Positions 1-10,667 are shown, counted from the first letter of the stretch. The stretch is 59,473 bases of DNA from Candidatus Woesearchaeota archaeon (GCA_014874255.1 JACWAN010000086.1:1-59473); one strand, 5' to 3'. The notes: generated from the sequence alone by a model not told the origin. Program-made: numbers and translations.

Positions 1-40
1 CGGGTTCCCGGAGCGGAGCTCAAGGGTACTTCGTACCGTG

Positions 41-259
41 CGCACGCAGGCGAATTTTCGCACTACGATGCGAGGGGCGCTTACGAGCCTGCGAGTAACC
101 TCGGAGCGCAAGAGCGCGACGATGAGCAGTCTTTGCTCCGCGGCATTCCTCCCGCCATAGTCAGTCACTCAACACCCCGTAGGGGCGACCCCTGTCAATC
201 GTCGTCGTGAAAGAAGACGCCTCGCCTGAAGCCGGCGACAGTCCATTCGCAACAGAGCC
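41..259 (-). mobile_element. R-family MITE-like element, eroded copy R7 (inverted relative to R1-R3)
   Basis: The reverse complement carries the family core: GTCGCCGGC..GGCGAGGCG, and GGGGTCGCCCCTACGGGG as the rc of 175-192. The right end ATTCGCAACAGAGCC (245-259) and left AGGCGAAT (48-55) resemble the family TIRs but are degenerate. Confidence 0.4.
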
Positions 260-273
260 CGCCCCACAACAAC

Positions 274-283
274 ACATAAATAG
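274..283 (+). promoter_or_regulatory. TATA-like box, leaderless primase transcript
   Basis: ACATAAATAG is centred about 27 nt upstream of ATG 305. Confidence 0.45.
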
Positions 284-304
284 CGCTCGTCCCTCCTCTC
301 CCGG

Positions 305-1921
305 ATGGCGAAGCTGTCGATGGACGACCCGTTCTTCTTCGCGACCGCGCTCAAGTGGTACAAGCGGCGGGACGTCCAGGAAGCGATCCTCGCCGACTCC
401 GAGCACCGCGAGGTCTCGCCGCGGTTCGGCCAGGGCTTCGGGAAGCGGCCGGACGCGCTCTACTATCCGGCGGATGTGCTGAGTTTTGCGACGAAGAAGG
501 CGACGAGCTTCCACTGCAGCGAAGAACGCTGGCGCGATCCTCTCAGCCTCAAGACGGGGGGCTCGCGGAGAGAATTGGACGACCTCCGCATCGGCTGGGA
601 TTTAGTCCTCGACATCGACTGCCCGTACTGGCTCTTCTCCAAATTGACGGCGCAACTCTTCATAACGGCCCTCGAGGAGCACGGCGTCACCGGCGTCAAC
701 GTCAAGTTCAGCGGCAACAAGGGATTCCACCTCGGCGTCCCGTGGGAAGCCTTCCCCGAGGAGGCGAACGGACGGCCGACGAAAGACCTGTTCCCTGAGG
801 CGCCGCGCGCCATCGCTTCCTTCCTGCTCGACCACATCGCCACGAAACTGATCAGCGTCCAGCACAACACGATCGTCTTCGACCGGAAGTACAAGGTGAG
901 CTACGAGAAGCTGAAGGAAGTCACAGGGAAAGAAGCGAGCGAACTCGTCGTCGAGGTCTGCCGCCGTTGCCGCAGCCCCAAGGAACGGAAGGCGGAGGCG
1001 CAGCCGCTCTTCCTCTGCGCGAGCTGCGGCCACACGACGCGCACCGACGAGAAAGCGGATTACCTGAAGTGCGAGCGGTGCGGCGGCGTCATGACGCCGC
1101 AGACGATGGCCGCGTCCGAGAAATGCGGCCAGTGCGGCGGCAGCGAGTTCGAGCCGCGGTTCAACGTCCAAGCGCTCATCGAGGTAGATACGATTCTGCT
1201 CGCGTCACGCCACCTCTTCCGGACGCCGTACAGCCTCCACGAGAAATCGAAACTGGTGAGCGTCGTCTTCCCGAAAGAGCGGATCATGGCGTTCGAGAAG
1301 GATGAGGCGAAGCCCGCGAACGTCAAGGCATTCACGCGGTTCCTCGACCCGGACAAAGCGAGACGCGGCGAAGCCGCCGAACTCCTCGTCAAGGCGCTCG
1401 ACTTCGCCGCCGTGGCGGAGAACGCGAAAAGCGGCCAGCAGCGCGAGTACGCCGTCCCTGAGGAATCCATCCCCGAGGAATTGTTCCCGCCGTGCATGCG
1501 GAACATCCTCGCCGGCATGGACGACGGGAAGAAACGGGCGATGTTCGCGCTGACGAACTTCTTCCGGAGCTGCGGCTGGGGGCACGAGCAGATGGCCGCC
1601 CGTATCGAGGAGTGGAACAAGAAGAACCCCGAGCCGCTCCGTGAGGTCAACGTGAAGGGGCATCTCCGCTACACGCGGATGAAGAAGGAGATCGTGCTGC
1701 CGCCGAACTGTAAGTCGTTCTACCAGGACCTGCGCGTCTGCACGCCGGACAATTTCTGCCGGTTCATCAAGAACCCCGCGCAGTACAGCCGCCTCAAGGC
1801 GGAGCGGATCAGCGAGGGCAAGTCGCCCGAGAAGAAGACGGGCGGCGTTCGTCTCACCGACGAGCAGAAGGCGATGCGGAAGGCGTTCCGCGAGAAGAAG
1901 AAGCAAGAGGTGAAGGAATGA
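305..1921 (+). CDS. priS: DNA primase, fused PriS catalytic domain plus PriL-like Fe-S C-terminal domain
   Basis: AEP primase motifs LVLDIDC, SGNKGFHLGVPW and RTPYSLHEKS. Four CxxC pairs form a Zn-knuckle insert. The C-terminal segment PPCMRN..NCKSFY..VCTPDNFC has 4 Cys, like the PriL-CTD. Confidence 0.75.
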   Translation: MAKLSMDDPFFFATALKWYKRRDVQEAILADSEHREVSPRFGQGFGKRPDALYYPADVLSFATKKATSFHCSEERWRDPLSLKTGGSRRELDDLRIGWDLVLDIDCPYWLFSKLTAQLFITALEEHGVTGVNVKFSGNKGFHLGVPWEAFPEEANGRPTKDLFPEAPRAIASFLLDHIATKLISVQHNTIVFDRKYKVSYEKLKEVTGKEASELVVEVCRRCRSPKERKAEAQPLFLCASCGHTTRTDEKADYLKCERCGGVMTPQTMAASEKCGQCGGSEFEPRFNVQALIEVDTILLASRHLFRTPYSLHEKSKLVSVVFPKERIMAFEKDEAKPANVKAFTRFLDPDKARRGEAAELLVKALDFAAVAENAKSGQQREYAVPEESIPEELFPPCMRNILAGMDDGKKRAMFALTNFFRSCGWGHEQMAARIEEWNKKNPEPLREVNVKGHLRYTRMKKEIVLPPNCKSFYQDLRVCTPDNFCRFIKNPAQYSRLKAERISEGKSPEKKTGGVRLTDEQKAMRKAFREKKKQEVKE

Positions 1922-2469
1922 GCGTCGAAGAGGTGCGCGAGAAGGTCCGTCCGGCATTCGAGCCGGACTTCTGGGAGCGCCACATCGTCCTCGTCCACAA
2001 GTACTGCGTCCTCCTCGCGGAAAAGCTGCACGCCGACAAGGAGGTCGTCGAACTGGCGGCATACCTCCACGATTATGGCAGGGTCATGGATCCTGCCCGG
2101 CGAGACGAGCACCAACTCACCGGTGCGGAACTCGCGCCGAAGGTGCTCGAAGGATACCCTGAGGAGACGGTGCGGCATGTCCAGGCGTGCATCCGGACGC
2201 ACCGCGGCAGCGTCGACCTCAAACCAGGGACGATAGAGGCGCAAATCCTCGCGAACGCGGACGCGATGGCGCACCTCGACGCTGTCCCGTGGTTCCTCCG
2301 ACTCCGCTACGCAAAAGGCGAGAGCGTCGAGGAAGCGACCGCCTGGCTCCGACAAAAGCTGGAGCGGAACTGGACGAAGAAGCTGACGCTCCCGGAAGCG
2401 CGAAAACTCGTCCGGAAGAAGCACGAGGCGGCGATGCTGCTCCTCGGCGGGACGGCTGATTCGCCGTAG
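1918..2469 (+). CDS. HD-domain metal-dependent phosphohydrolase
   Basis: H..HD pattern (ERHIVLVHKY..AAYLHDYGRV) with a later HR/DAMAH. There is a 4-nt overlap with the primase stop. Confidence 0.6.
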   Translation: MSVEEVREKVRPAFEPDFWERHIVLVHKYCVLLAEKLHADKEVVELAAYLHDYGRVMDPARRDEHQLTGAELAPKVLEGYPEETVRHVQACIRTHRGSVDLKPGTIEAQILANADAMAHLDAVPWFLRLRYAKGESVEEATAWLRQKLERNWTKKLTLPEARKLVRKKHEAAMLLLGGTADSP

Positions 2470-2496
2470 GGTGTTTTTCTTCTTTCTCCTTGACCT

Positions 2497-2620
2497 CAAG
2501 GTTGCCACGGAGAACCCACTCTCCCATCCGGTCCGAGGTCTAGACGGACGCTCACGATTATGCAGTCGCTCATGCTCCTGCATGTTCGCGCCCGGGTCTT
2601 GCTCCAAGGCGGCAACCTTG
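2497..2620 (+). ncRNA. S-family structured element, copy A (candidate ncRNA, function unknown)
   Basis: Closing stem CAAGGTTGCC (2497-2506) / GGCAACCTTG (2611-2620). Conserved blocks TCCGGTCCGAG (2527-2537), GGACGCTCAC, CATGTTCGCGCCC and CCAAGG. Apical hairpin ATGCAG/CTGCAT. Confidence 0.5.
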
Positions 2621-2660
2621 TTGAGATTACTATGTGTTCTCTCCCCCCTTTCTCCTCTCC

Positions 2661-2825
2661 GGCTCTTAGGCAAATGGTGTGTCGCCGGCCAGAGGGCGAG
2701 GCATGAGGAGAACACAGCAGAAGAGGTCGGGGGGTCGCCCCATACGGGGGTGACCGGAGCGGCGGGGAACGAAGCGGTTGCCGAGCAGCCGGCGACACCG
2801 TCGGAGGCGAATTTGCCTAAGAGTC
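2661..2825. mobile_element. R-family MITE, copy R1 (165 bp)
   Basis: TIRs GGCTCTTAGGCAAAT / ATTTGCCTAAGAGTC. Perfect 9-bp flanking direct repeat CTCCTCTCC (2652-2660 and 2826-2834). Confidence 0.8.
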
Positions 2826-2836
2826 CTCCTCTCCCT

Positions 2837-2848
2837 AAAATTTATATA
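2837..2848 (+). promoter_or_regulatory. TATA-like box upstream of ppdK
   Basis: AAAATTTATATA lies 11 bp after the R1 end. ppdK ATG 3010 implies a leader of about 135 nt. Confidence 0.35.
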
Positions 2849-3009
2849 GTACCGTTCCGCGCCGCCGATTGAAGAGCACCGGTTGCTTTTCTCGGCGCAG
2901 CGCACGTCGCTGTATGACGCTGACGCACGCTAGAACGCGGCAGGACGGTTCCGGCCGCTTCACGTACGATAGAACGACTGGACGACCAAAAAACACAAAG
3001 GTGGAACTG

Positions 3010-5724
<2,715 letters not shown>

Positions 5725-5727
5725 ATA

Positions 5728-5734
5728 TTTTTTT
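5728..5734 (+). terminator. oligo-T terminator after ppdK
   Basis: A T7 run 4 nt after the stop, followed by a C/T-rich tract. Confidence 0.45.
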
Positions 5735-5870
5735 GTTTAACACATTTTTCTTTCTCTCTCCGTTCTCTTCAGGTCTCTTTTCACCCTCCCGCACATCTTT
5801 TTTATTTTTATATAACTTATTTCCGGATAACTCAGTCCCGATTTTATGCGGTTCGCTCTTCCTGTGCGAC

Positions 5871-6035
5871 GGCTCTTGGGCAAATGCTGTGTTGCCGGCC
5901 AAAGGGCGACCCGTAGCAGAGAATGAAGCAAAGGAGGAGAGGGGGTTGTCCCCCACGGGGAGCTCCGCTGACGCGAAGAACGCAGCGACACGGGTCGCAG
6001 CCGGCAACACCGCGAAGCGAATTCGCCTAAGAGCC
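5871..6035. mobile_element. R-family MITE, copy R2 (165 bp)
   Basis: TIRs GGCTCTTGGGCAAAT / ATTCGCCTAAGAGCC. Perfect 9-bp direct repeat CTGTGCGAC (5862-5870 and 6036-6044). Confidence 0.8.
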
Positions 6036-6045
6036 CTGTGCGACG

Positions 6046-6057
6046 AAAGCTATAAAC
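6046..6057 (+). promoter_or_regulatory. TATA-like box
   Basis: AAAGCTATAAAC lies 10 bp after the R2 end. It would favour ATG 6098 as the real start of the next CDS. Confidence 0.4.
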
Positions 6058-6058
6058 T

Positions 6059-6505
6059 ATGATTGACATCCCCTCCCTCTTCAGGGTTTTCTGCCGGATG
6101 GAGCTCAACGGCCTCGCGCGCGAGATTGTCGGTACGGATGCATTGATTAACGCGGCCGGCACATATCTTGTCGACGCGACATATGCCGGTCCGGTCGAAC
6201 GGCTCAAAGTCACAAGTCTCTACGCCGTCCTCGAAGGGAGGCACGGACTCCGCCCTTCGAGGGTCGTCCACAATGATGAGGAATGGGGGTTCAATGATCA
6301 CCGGGTCATGGGTGTCGCGGCAGGCATCGCGACACGCATGGGAAGCAGCCACCTCTGGCTCTCTTTGAATGGCGAGACAGTATGGCTTCAGGTATCGTCG
6401 GAAATCGTGAGGAACCTCGACGGTGAGACGCCGCGCGAGTACGCGCAAAAGATTCTCGACTCAGTCGTCACGTTCGTCGAGACGCCGCAGAATTACCGGA
6501 AATAA
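6059..6505 (+). CDS. hypothetical protein (start may be ATG 6098)
   Basis: A 148-aa ORF with normal composition. I recognise no domain. Confidence 0.5.
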   Translation: MIDIPSLFRVFCRMELNGLAREIVGTDALINAAGTYLVDATYAGPVERLKVTSLYAVLEGRHGLRPSRVVHNDEEWGFNDHRVMGVAAGIATRMGSSHLWLSLNGETVWLQVSSEIVRNLDGETPREYAQKILDSVVTFVETPQNYRK

Positions 6506-6738
6506 CCCGTGCCCGGCAACCGCGTCCGGGTCTGCGCCCCATCGTTCTTCTCCGGTATCTTGTCGAGCCGGGTGAAGCAGTATTGGCAGACGTTCACGCT
6601 GTCCGGGAGCGGCGGCCGGTGGCCGTGCGCGGCGCAATAGGTCTTGCGTGCCTCGAGAGCGTCTCTCGCGTTCCTGACCATCTCTGATTCGATCTTGAGG
6701 ATCCGTTCGAGGTGTAGCGGTTCCACCGGGTCAGGCAT
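6493..6738 (-). CDS. hypothetical small protein with C..H..CxxC motif
   Basis: Internal Met (MPDPVEP...) of ORF 6493..7053. A TATA-like TTTATC lies about 30 nt upstream on the minus strand. The longer ORF would run through S copy B. Confidence 0.4.
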   Translation of the reverse strand: MPDPVEPLHLERILKIESEMVRNARDALEARKTYCAAHGHRPPLPDSVNVCQYCFTRLDKIPEKNDGAQTRTRLPGTGYFR

Positions 6739-6802
6739 AAGATCTCCTCGCGGTCGTAGTAGATAAACCTTGTGGATGAGGACTCCTTTTTCTTTTTTTT
6801 TT

Positions 6803-6913
6803 GGGCGTCGCGGAGCATTTGTTCTCCCTCCGGTCCGAGGTTTAGTCGGGCGCTCACCGTGATGGCGCTGTTGCGCCATGTTCGCGCCCGTCAATCGTTC
6901 CAAGGCGACGCCC
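6803..6913 (+). ncRNA. S-family structured element, copy B
   Basis: Closing stem GGGCGTCGC/GCGACGCCC. Hairpin GGAG-CATTTGTT-CTCC. Blocks TCCGGTCCGAGG and GGGCGCTCAC. Apical hairpin ATGGCGC/GCGCCAT, then GTTCGCGCCC and CCAAGG. Confidence 0.5.
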
Positions 6914-7022
6914 ACGGTTGAAACGTCTCGTGGCGCACTTTGTCTATCTCCTATTTCTTTTCCATAGCGTCGTTTTGTTTTCCCGTCGGGAAACGCGTTC
7001 TTCCCCCTCTCTCCGTCGACGC

Positions 7023-7036
7023 AAAGGTTTATAAAG
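7023..7036 (+). promoter_or_regulatory. BRE/TATA-like box of the ribosomal protein operon
   Basis: AAAGGTTTATAAAG. This is the only TATA-like box between S copy B and rpl3, and it implies a leader of about 170 nt. Confidence 0.5.
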
Positions 7037-7227
7037 GGTTCCCGATTCTCCACGAACTACCCGAAAGGGAAGCACTGTCGGACCGGCTCCACAGGGGTCG
7101 CCGACCAAGGCCTGAGAAGGGATGCGCTTTTCAGTACCGACACACTCGGTTCTCGCAGCGCACCTCCGCAAAAGGCCATAGCAACGGCACAGCCGAAAGG
7201 CATACGCCTCACTAGCGAGATACCAAC

Positions 7228-8205
7228 ATGGGCAAGCGAGAATCACCCCGGCACGGCAGCATGCAGGTCTGGCCGCGAAAGCGCGCCAAGCGCCAGTACG
7301 CGCGCGTCCGCGGATGGAACGAGAAGGAGAAAGGACTCCTCGCTTTCCCCGCGTACAAGGCAGGCATGACGCACGTCATGGCGACCGACGCCCGGAAGAA
7401 CAGCCAATCGAAAGGCGAAACGATTTCCCTGCCCTCCACCATTCTCGACTGCCCCCCCATCAAGCTCTACAGCGTCCGCCTCTACAAGGAAGATGCGTAC
7501 GGCGCGAAAGCCGTCGGCGAGATCGTCGTCGGCAAGGACAAGCACCTCTTCCGCAAGGTCTTCACCAAGAAGACGGACGAGGAGAAGCTCAAGGACGTCA
7601 AGCCCGCGGAGTACAGCGACATCCGCGTCACGATCATGACCCAGCCCGGGAAGACCGGCATCGGGAAGAAGAAGCCCGAGATCTTCGAGGCCGCGATCGG
7701 CGGCACCAACGAGGAGAAGCTCGCCTGGATCAACGACCACCTCAACAAGGAGATCACCATCAACGAGGTCTTCAAGGAGGGCGAGTACGCGGACGCGCAC
7801 GCCATCACGCGCGGCAAGGGCTTCCAGGGCCCGGTCAAGCGGTTCGGCATCGGCCTCAAGCCGCACAAGAGCGAGAAGGGACGGAGAGCTCCCGGCAGCC
7901 TGGGCAGCTGGTCGGCGCAGCAGCACTCCCTCTACCGGGTCGCGCACGCGGGCCAGACCGGCTACCACCAGCGCGTCCAGTACAACAACCAGATCATCAG
8001 GATCGGCGACAAGCCGGAAGAGGTCAACCCGAAGGGGGGGTTCATCAACTTCGGCACCGTCCGGAACCAGTACGCGATCGTCAAGGGCAGCCTCCAGGGC
8101 CCGAAGAAGCGGATGATCACCCTCACCAAGGCCGTCCGGCTGTACGACAACCAGGTGACGCCGACCGTCGAGACGGTCAGCCTCGAGTCCAAGCAGGGAC
8201 GCTGA
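7228..8205 (+). CDS. rpl3: 50S ribosomal protein uL3
   Basis: MGKRESPRHGSMQVWPRKRA is a typical archaeal uL3 N-terminus. First gene of the cluster. Confidence 0.93.
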   Translation: MGKRESPRHGSMQVWPRKRAKRQYARVRGWNEKEKGLLAFPAYKAGMTHVMATDARKNSQSKGETISLPSTILDCPPIKLYSVRLYKEDAYGAKAVGEIVVGKDKHLFRKVFTKKTDEEKLKDVKPAEYSDIRVTIMTQPGKTGIGKKKPEIFEAAIGGTNEEKLAWINDHLNKEITINEVFKEGEYADAHAITRGKGFQGPVKRFGIGLKPHKSEKGRRAPGSLGSWSAQQHSLYRVAHAGQTGYHQRVQYNNQIIRIGDKPEEVNPKGGFINFGTVRNQYAIVKGSLQGPKKRMITLTKAVRLYDNQVTPTVETVSLESKQGR

Positions 8206-8264
8206 ACAAGAGAAGGATAGGAACCATCAAGCTCACGGAATATCAAGCTCACGAAGGAACGACC

Positions 8265-9248
8265 ATGAAGCTCCCCATCATCGACGCGAAGAAGGCGAAG
8301 AAGGGCGACCTCGAGCTGCCGAAGCAGTTCAGCGAGCCCGTGCGCCGCGACCTGATCCAGCGCGCCGTCTTCAGCCTCCAAGCCGCTGCCCGTCAGCCCT
8401 ACGGCGCCGACCCGGACGCGGGCATGCGCGTCAGCGCCAAGCTCTCCCGCAGAAGGCGGAACTACCGCGGCAGCTACGGCCAGGGCATCAGCCGCGTCCC
8501 CCGCAAGATTCTCAACAGGAGGGGCATCCGGATGTTCTACGTCGGCGCGCTCGCTCCCGGCACCGTCGGCGGCCGCAGGGCACATCCGCCGAAGGCGGAG
8601 AAGGTCTGGGAGCAGAAGATCAACAAGCGCGAGAACCGGAAAGCCATCAGGAGCGCGCTCGCAGCCGTCATGGACCGGTCCATCGTCACAGGGCGCGGCC
8701 ACAAGCTGCCGGCAGAATACCCGTTCATCCTCGACAACAGCTTCGAATCCATCGCGAAGACGAAGGAGGCGATCACCGCGCTCCTCGGCCTCGGCTTCGC
8801 CGACGAGCTTGCCCGCGCAGAGACCAAGACCGTCCGCGCCGGCAAGGCGAAGATGCGCGGTCGCAAGACCAAGCGCGCGACCAGCCTCCTCCTCGTCGTC
8901 GGGGGAGAGGGCGCGAAGCTCGCCACCAGCGCGGCGAACATCCCCGGCGTCACGATCGCCGCGGTCCGCGGCCTGAACGCGGAGCTCCTCGCCCCGGGCA
9001 CGCACCCCGGACGGGCGACGCTCTTCACCGAGCAAGCCATGAAGATCCTCAAGGAAGAGAGCCTCTTCGCCGACAAGCCGGCGACCAGCGTCGCAGCCAA
9101 GCCCGTGAAGCCGATCTCCTCGAAGAAGGAGAAGGCCGTAAAGGCCGCCGCGATCGCCGAGAAGACCGGGAGCAAGCCGGCGAAGAACGCCGCGAAAACG
9201 GCGAAGAACGAGACCAAGGCCGCGAAGGCGACGGGTGAGGCCGCATGA
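8265..9248 (+). CDS. rpl4: 50S ribosomal protein uL4 with K/A-rich C-terminal tail
   Basis: ATG 8265 lies inside the longer ORF 7314..9248. Signature RRRRNYRGSYGQGISRVPRK. About 55 aa of lysine/alanine-rich tail. Confidence 0.9.
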   Translation: MKLPIIDAKKAKKGDLELPKQFSEPVRRDLIQRAVFSLQAAARQPYGADPDAGMRVSAKLSRRRRNYRGSYGQGISRVPRKILNRRGIRMFYVGALAPGTVGGRRAHPPKAEKVWEQKINKRENRKAIRSALAAVMDRSIVTGRGHKLPAEYPFILDNSFESIAKTKEAITALLGLGFADELARAETKTVRAGKAKMRGRKTKRATSLLLVVGGEGAKLATSAANIPGVTIAAVRGLNAELLAPGTHPGRATLFTEQAMKILKEESLFADKPATSVAAKPVKPISSKKEKAVKAAAIAEKTGSKPAKNAAKTAKNETKAAKATGEAA

Positions 9249-9493
9249 TCATCAAGCGCCCCGTCAGCACGGAGAAATCCATCAGGATCATCGAGACGGA
9301 GAACAAGCTCGTCTTCATGGTCGACCTCAAGGCGACGAAGACGCAGATCAAGGCGGAGCTCGAGAAGCTCTTCGACGCGAAGGTCCTCCGGGTCAACACC
9401 ACGATCACGCCCGGTGCGGAGAAGCGCGCCACGGTCCAGTTCGGCCCCGAGACGCCCGCGATCGACATCGCGTCGAAGCTCGGGCTCATGTAG
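9245..9493 (+). CDS. rpl23: 50S ribosomal protein uL23
   Basis: 82 aa with STEKSIRIIETENKLVFMVD. ATGA overlap with rpl4. Confidence 0.9.
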   Translation: MIIKRPVSTEKSIRIIETENKLVFMVDLKATKTQIKAELEKLFDAKVLRVNTTITPGAEKRATVQFGPETPAIDIASKLGLM

Positions 9494-9545
9494 ACCGGGC
9501 AATGATGCAGGCAATGATGACGGACGATATAACGAGTGATGCACG

Positions 9546-10247
9546 ATGGGCAAGAACCTGATCCAACAGAAGCGCGGCAAGGGCAGCCCTTCCTACCGGA
9601 GGCACAGCTTCAACGCCGTCGGCCAGGCACGCGTCGAGAACAGGGGCAGCGCCGTCATCCTCGCGTTCATCCACTCCAAGATGCACACCGCCCCGATTGC
9701 CCGCGTCAAGTACGAGGACGGCGAGGACGGGTTGCTCATCGCGCCCGAAGGCGTCCGGACGGGGCAGCGCATCCTCATCGGCGAGTCCGCGCCCCTCGAG
9801 CTCGGAAATACCTTGCCGCTCAAGAGCCTGCCCGAAGGCAGCCTCATCTACAACATCGAGGCGCAGCCTGGCGACGGCGGCAAGTTCGTCCGCGCATCGG
9901 GCGGCGTCGCGCGCATCGTCGGCAAGACGCCGACCGGCGTCATGGTCCAGCTGCCCAGCAAGAAGCGGAAGCAGTTCAACCCCGAGTGCAAGGCGAGCCT
10001 CGGCGTCGTCGCGGGCGGCGGCCGCGAGGAGAAGCCGTTCCTGAAAGCAGGCATCAAGTTCCACTACGCGAAGGCGAAGAACCGGTACTGGCCGATCGTC
10101 AGCGCGACGGCGATGAACGCGGTCGATCACCCCTTCGGCGGCAAGCGCACCAGCAGGAAGGGCCGGCCGACCATCGCGCCGAAGAACGCGCCGCCGGGCC
10201 GTATGGTCGGCATGATCCGGCCGCGCCACACGGGCAGGAACAAGTAG
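9546..10247 (+). CDS. rpl2: 50S ribosomal protein uL2
   Basis: 233 aa with MNAVDHPFGGKRTSRKGRP, the uL2 C-terminal signature. Confidence 0.93.
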   Translation: MGKNLIQQKRGKGSPSYRRHSFNAVGQARVENRGSAVILAFIHSKMHTAPIARVKYEDGEDGLLIAPEGVRTGQRILIGESAPLELGNTLPLKSLPEGSLIYNIEAQPGDGGKFVRASGGVARIVGKTPTGVMVQLPSKKRKQFNPECKASLGVVAGGGREEKPFLKAGIKFHYAKAKNRYWPIVSATAMNAVDHPFGGKRTSRKGRPTIAPKNAPPGRMVGMIRPRHTGRNK

Positions 10248-10265
10248 AACTGACGGGATGAGCAC

Positions 10266-10667
10266 ATGGCACGCAAGGAATTCAGCTACCGGGGACGCAC
10301 GATCGAGGAGCTCCAGGCGATGGGCATCGATGAGCTCGCGCTCCTCTTCACGAGCGACGCCCGGCGCAAGATCCGCCGCGGCTTCAGCGAAGACGAGAAG
10401 AGCCTCCTCCGGAAGCTCGCGAAGCGCGACCGCGTCAAGACGCAGAGCCGCGACATGCTCGTCCTGCCCAGCATGGCGGGCAAGACCATCCTCGTCCACA
10501 CTGGGAAGGAGTACCTGCCCGTGCTCGTCCAGCCGGAGATGATTGGCAACCGTCTCGGGTGCTACGCCCTGACGCGCAAGCCGACCAAGCACTCCGCCGC
10601 GGGCGTCAGCTCCAAGAACGCCGAGGCTGCGGCGGCCAAGTCGGCCGGCAAGGAGAAGAAGGAGTGA
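10266..10667 (+). CDS. rps19: 30S ribosomal protein uS19
   Basis: GKTILVHTGKEYLPVLVQPEMIGNRLG. Confidence 0.9.
   Translation: MARKEFSYRGRTIEELQAMGIDELALLFTSDARRKIRRGFSEDEKSLLRKLAKRDRVKTQSRDMLVLPSMAGKTILVHTGKEYLPVLVQPEMIGNRLGCYALTRKPTKHSAAGVSSKNAEAAAAKSAGKEKKE

Noticed and set aside
2497-2620. S-family elements as tRNA genes, possibly intron-containing, since GGGCGTC...GACGCCCA ends in copy B look like an acceptor stem.
   Set aside because: No T-arm (GTTCRANYC) or D-loop (A14, G18G19) can be placed in either orientation. There is no 7-nt anticodon loop. The would-be anticodon region (CTCAC) is identical in all copies. Closing stems are 9-15 bp.
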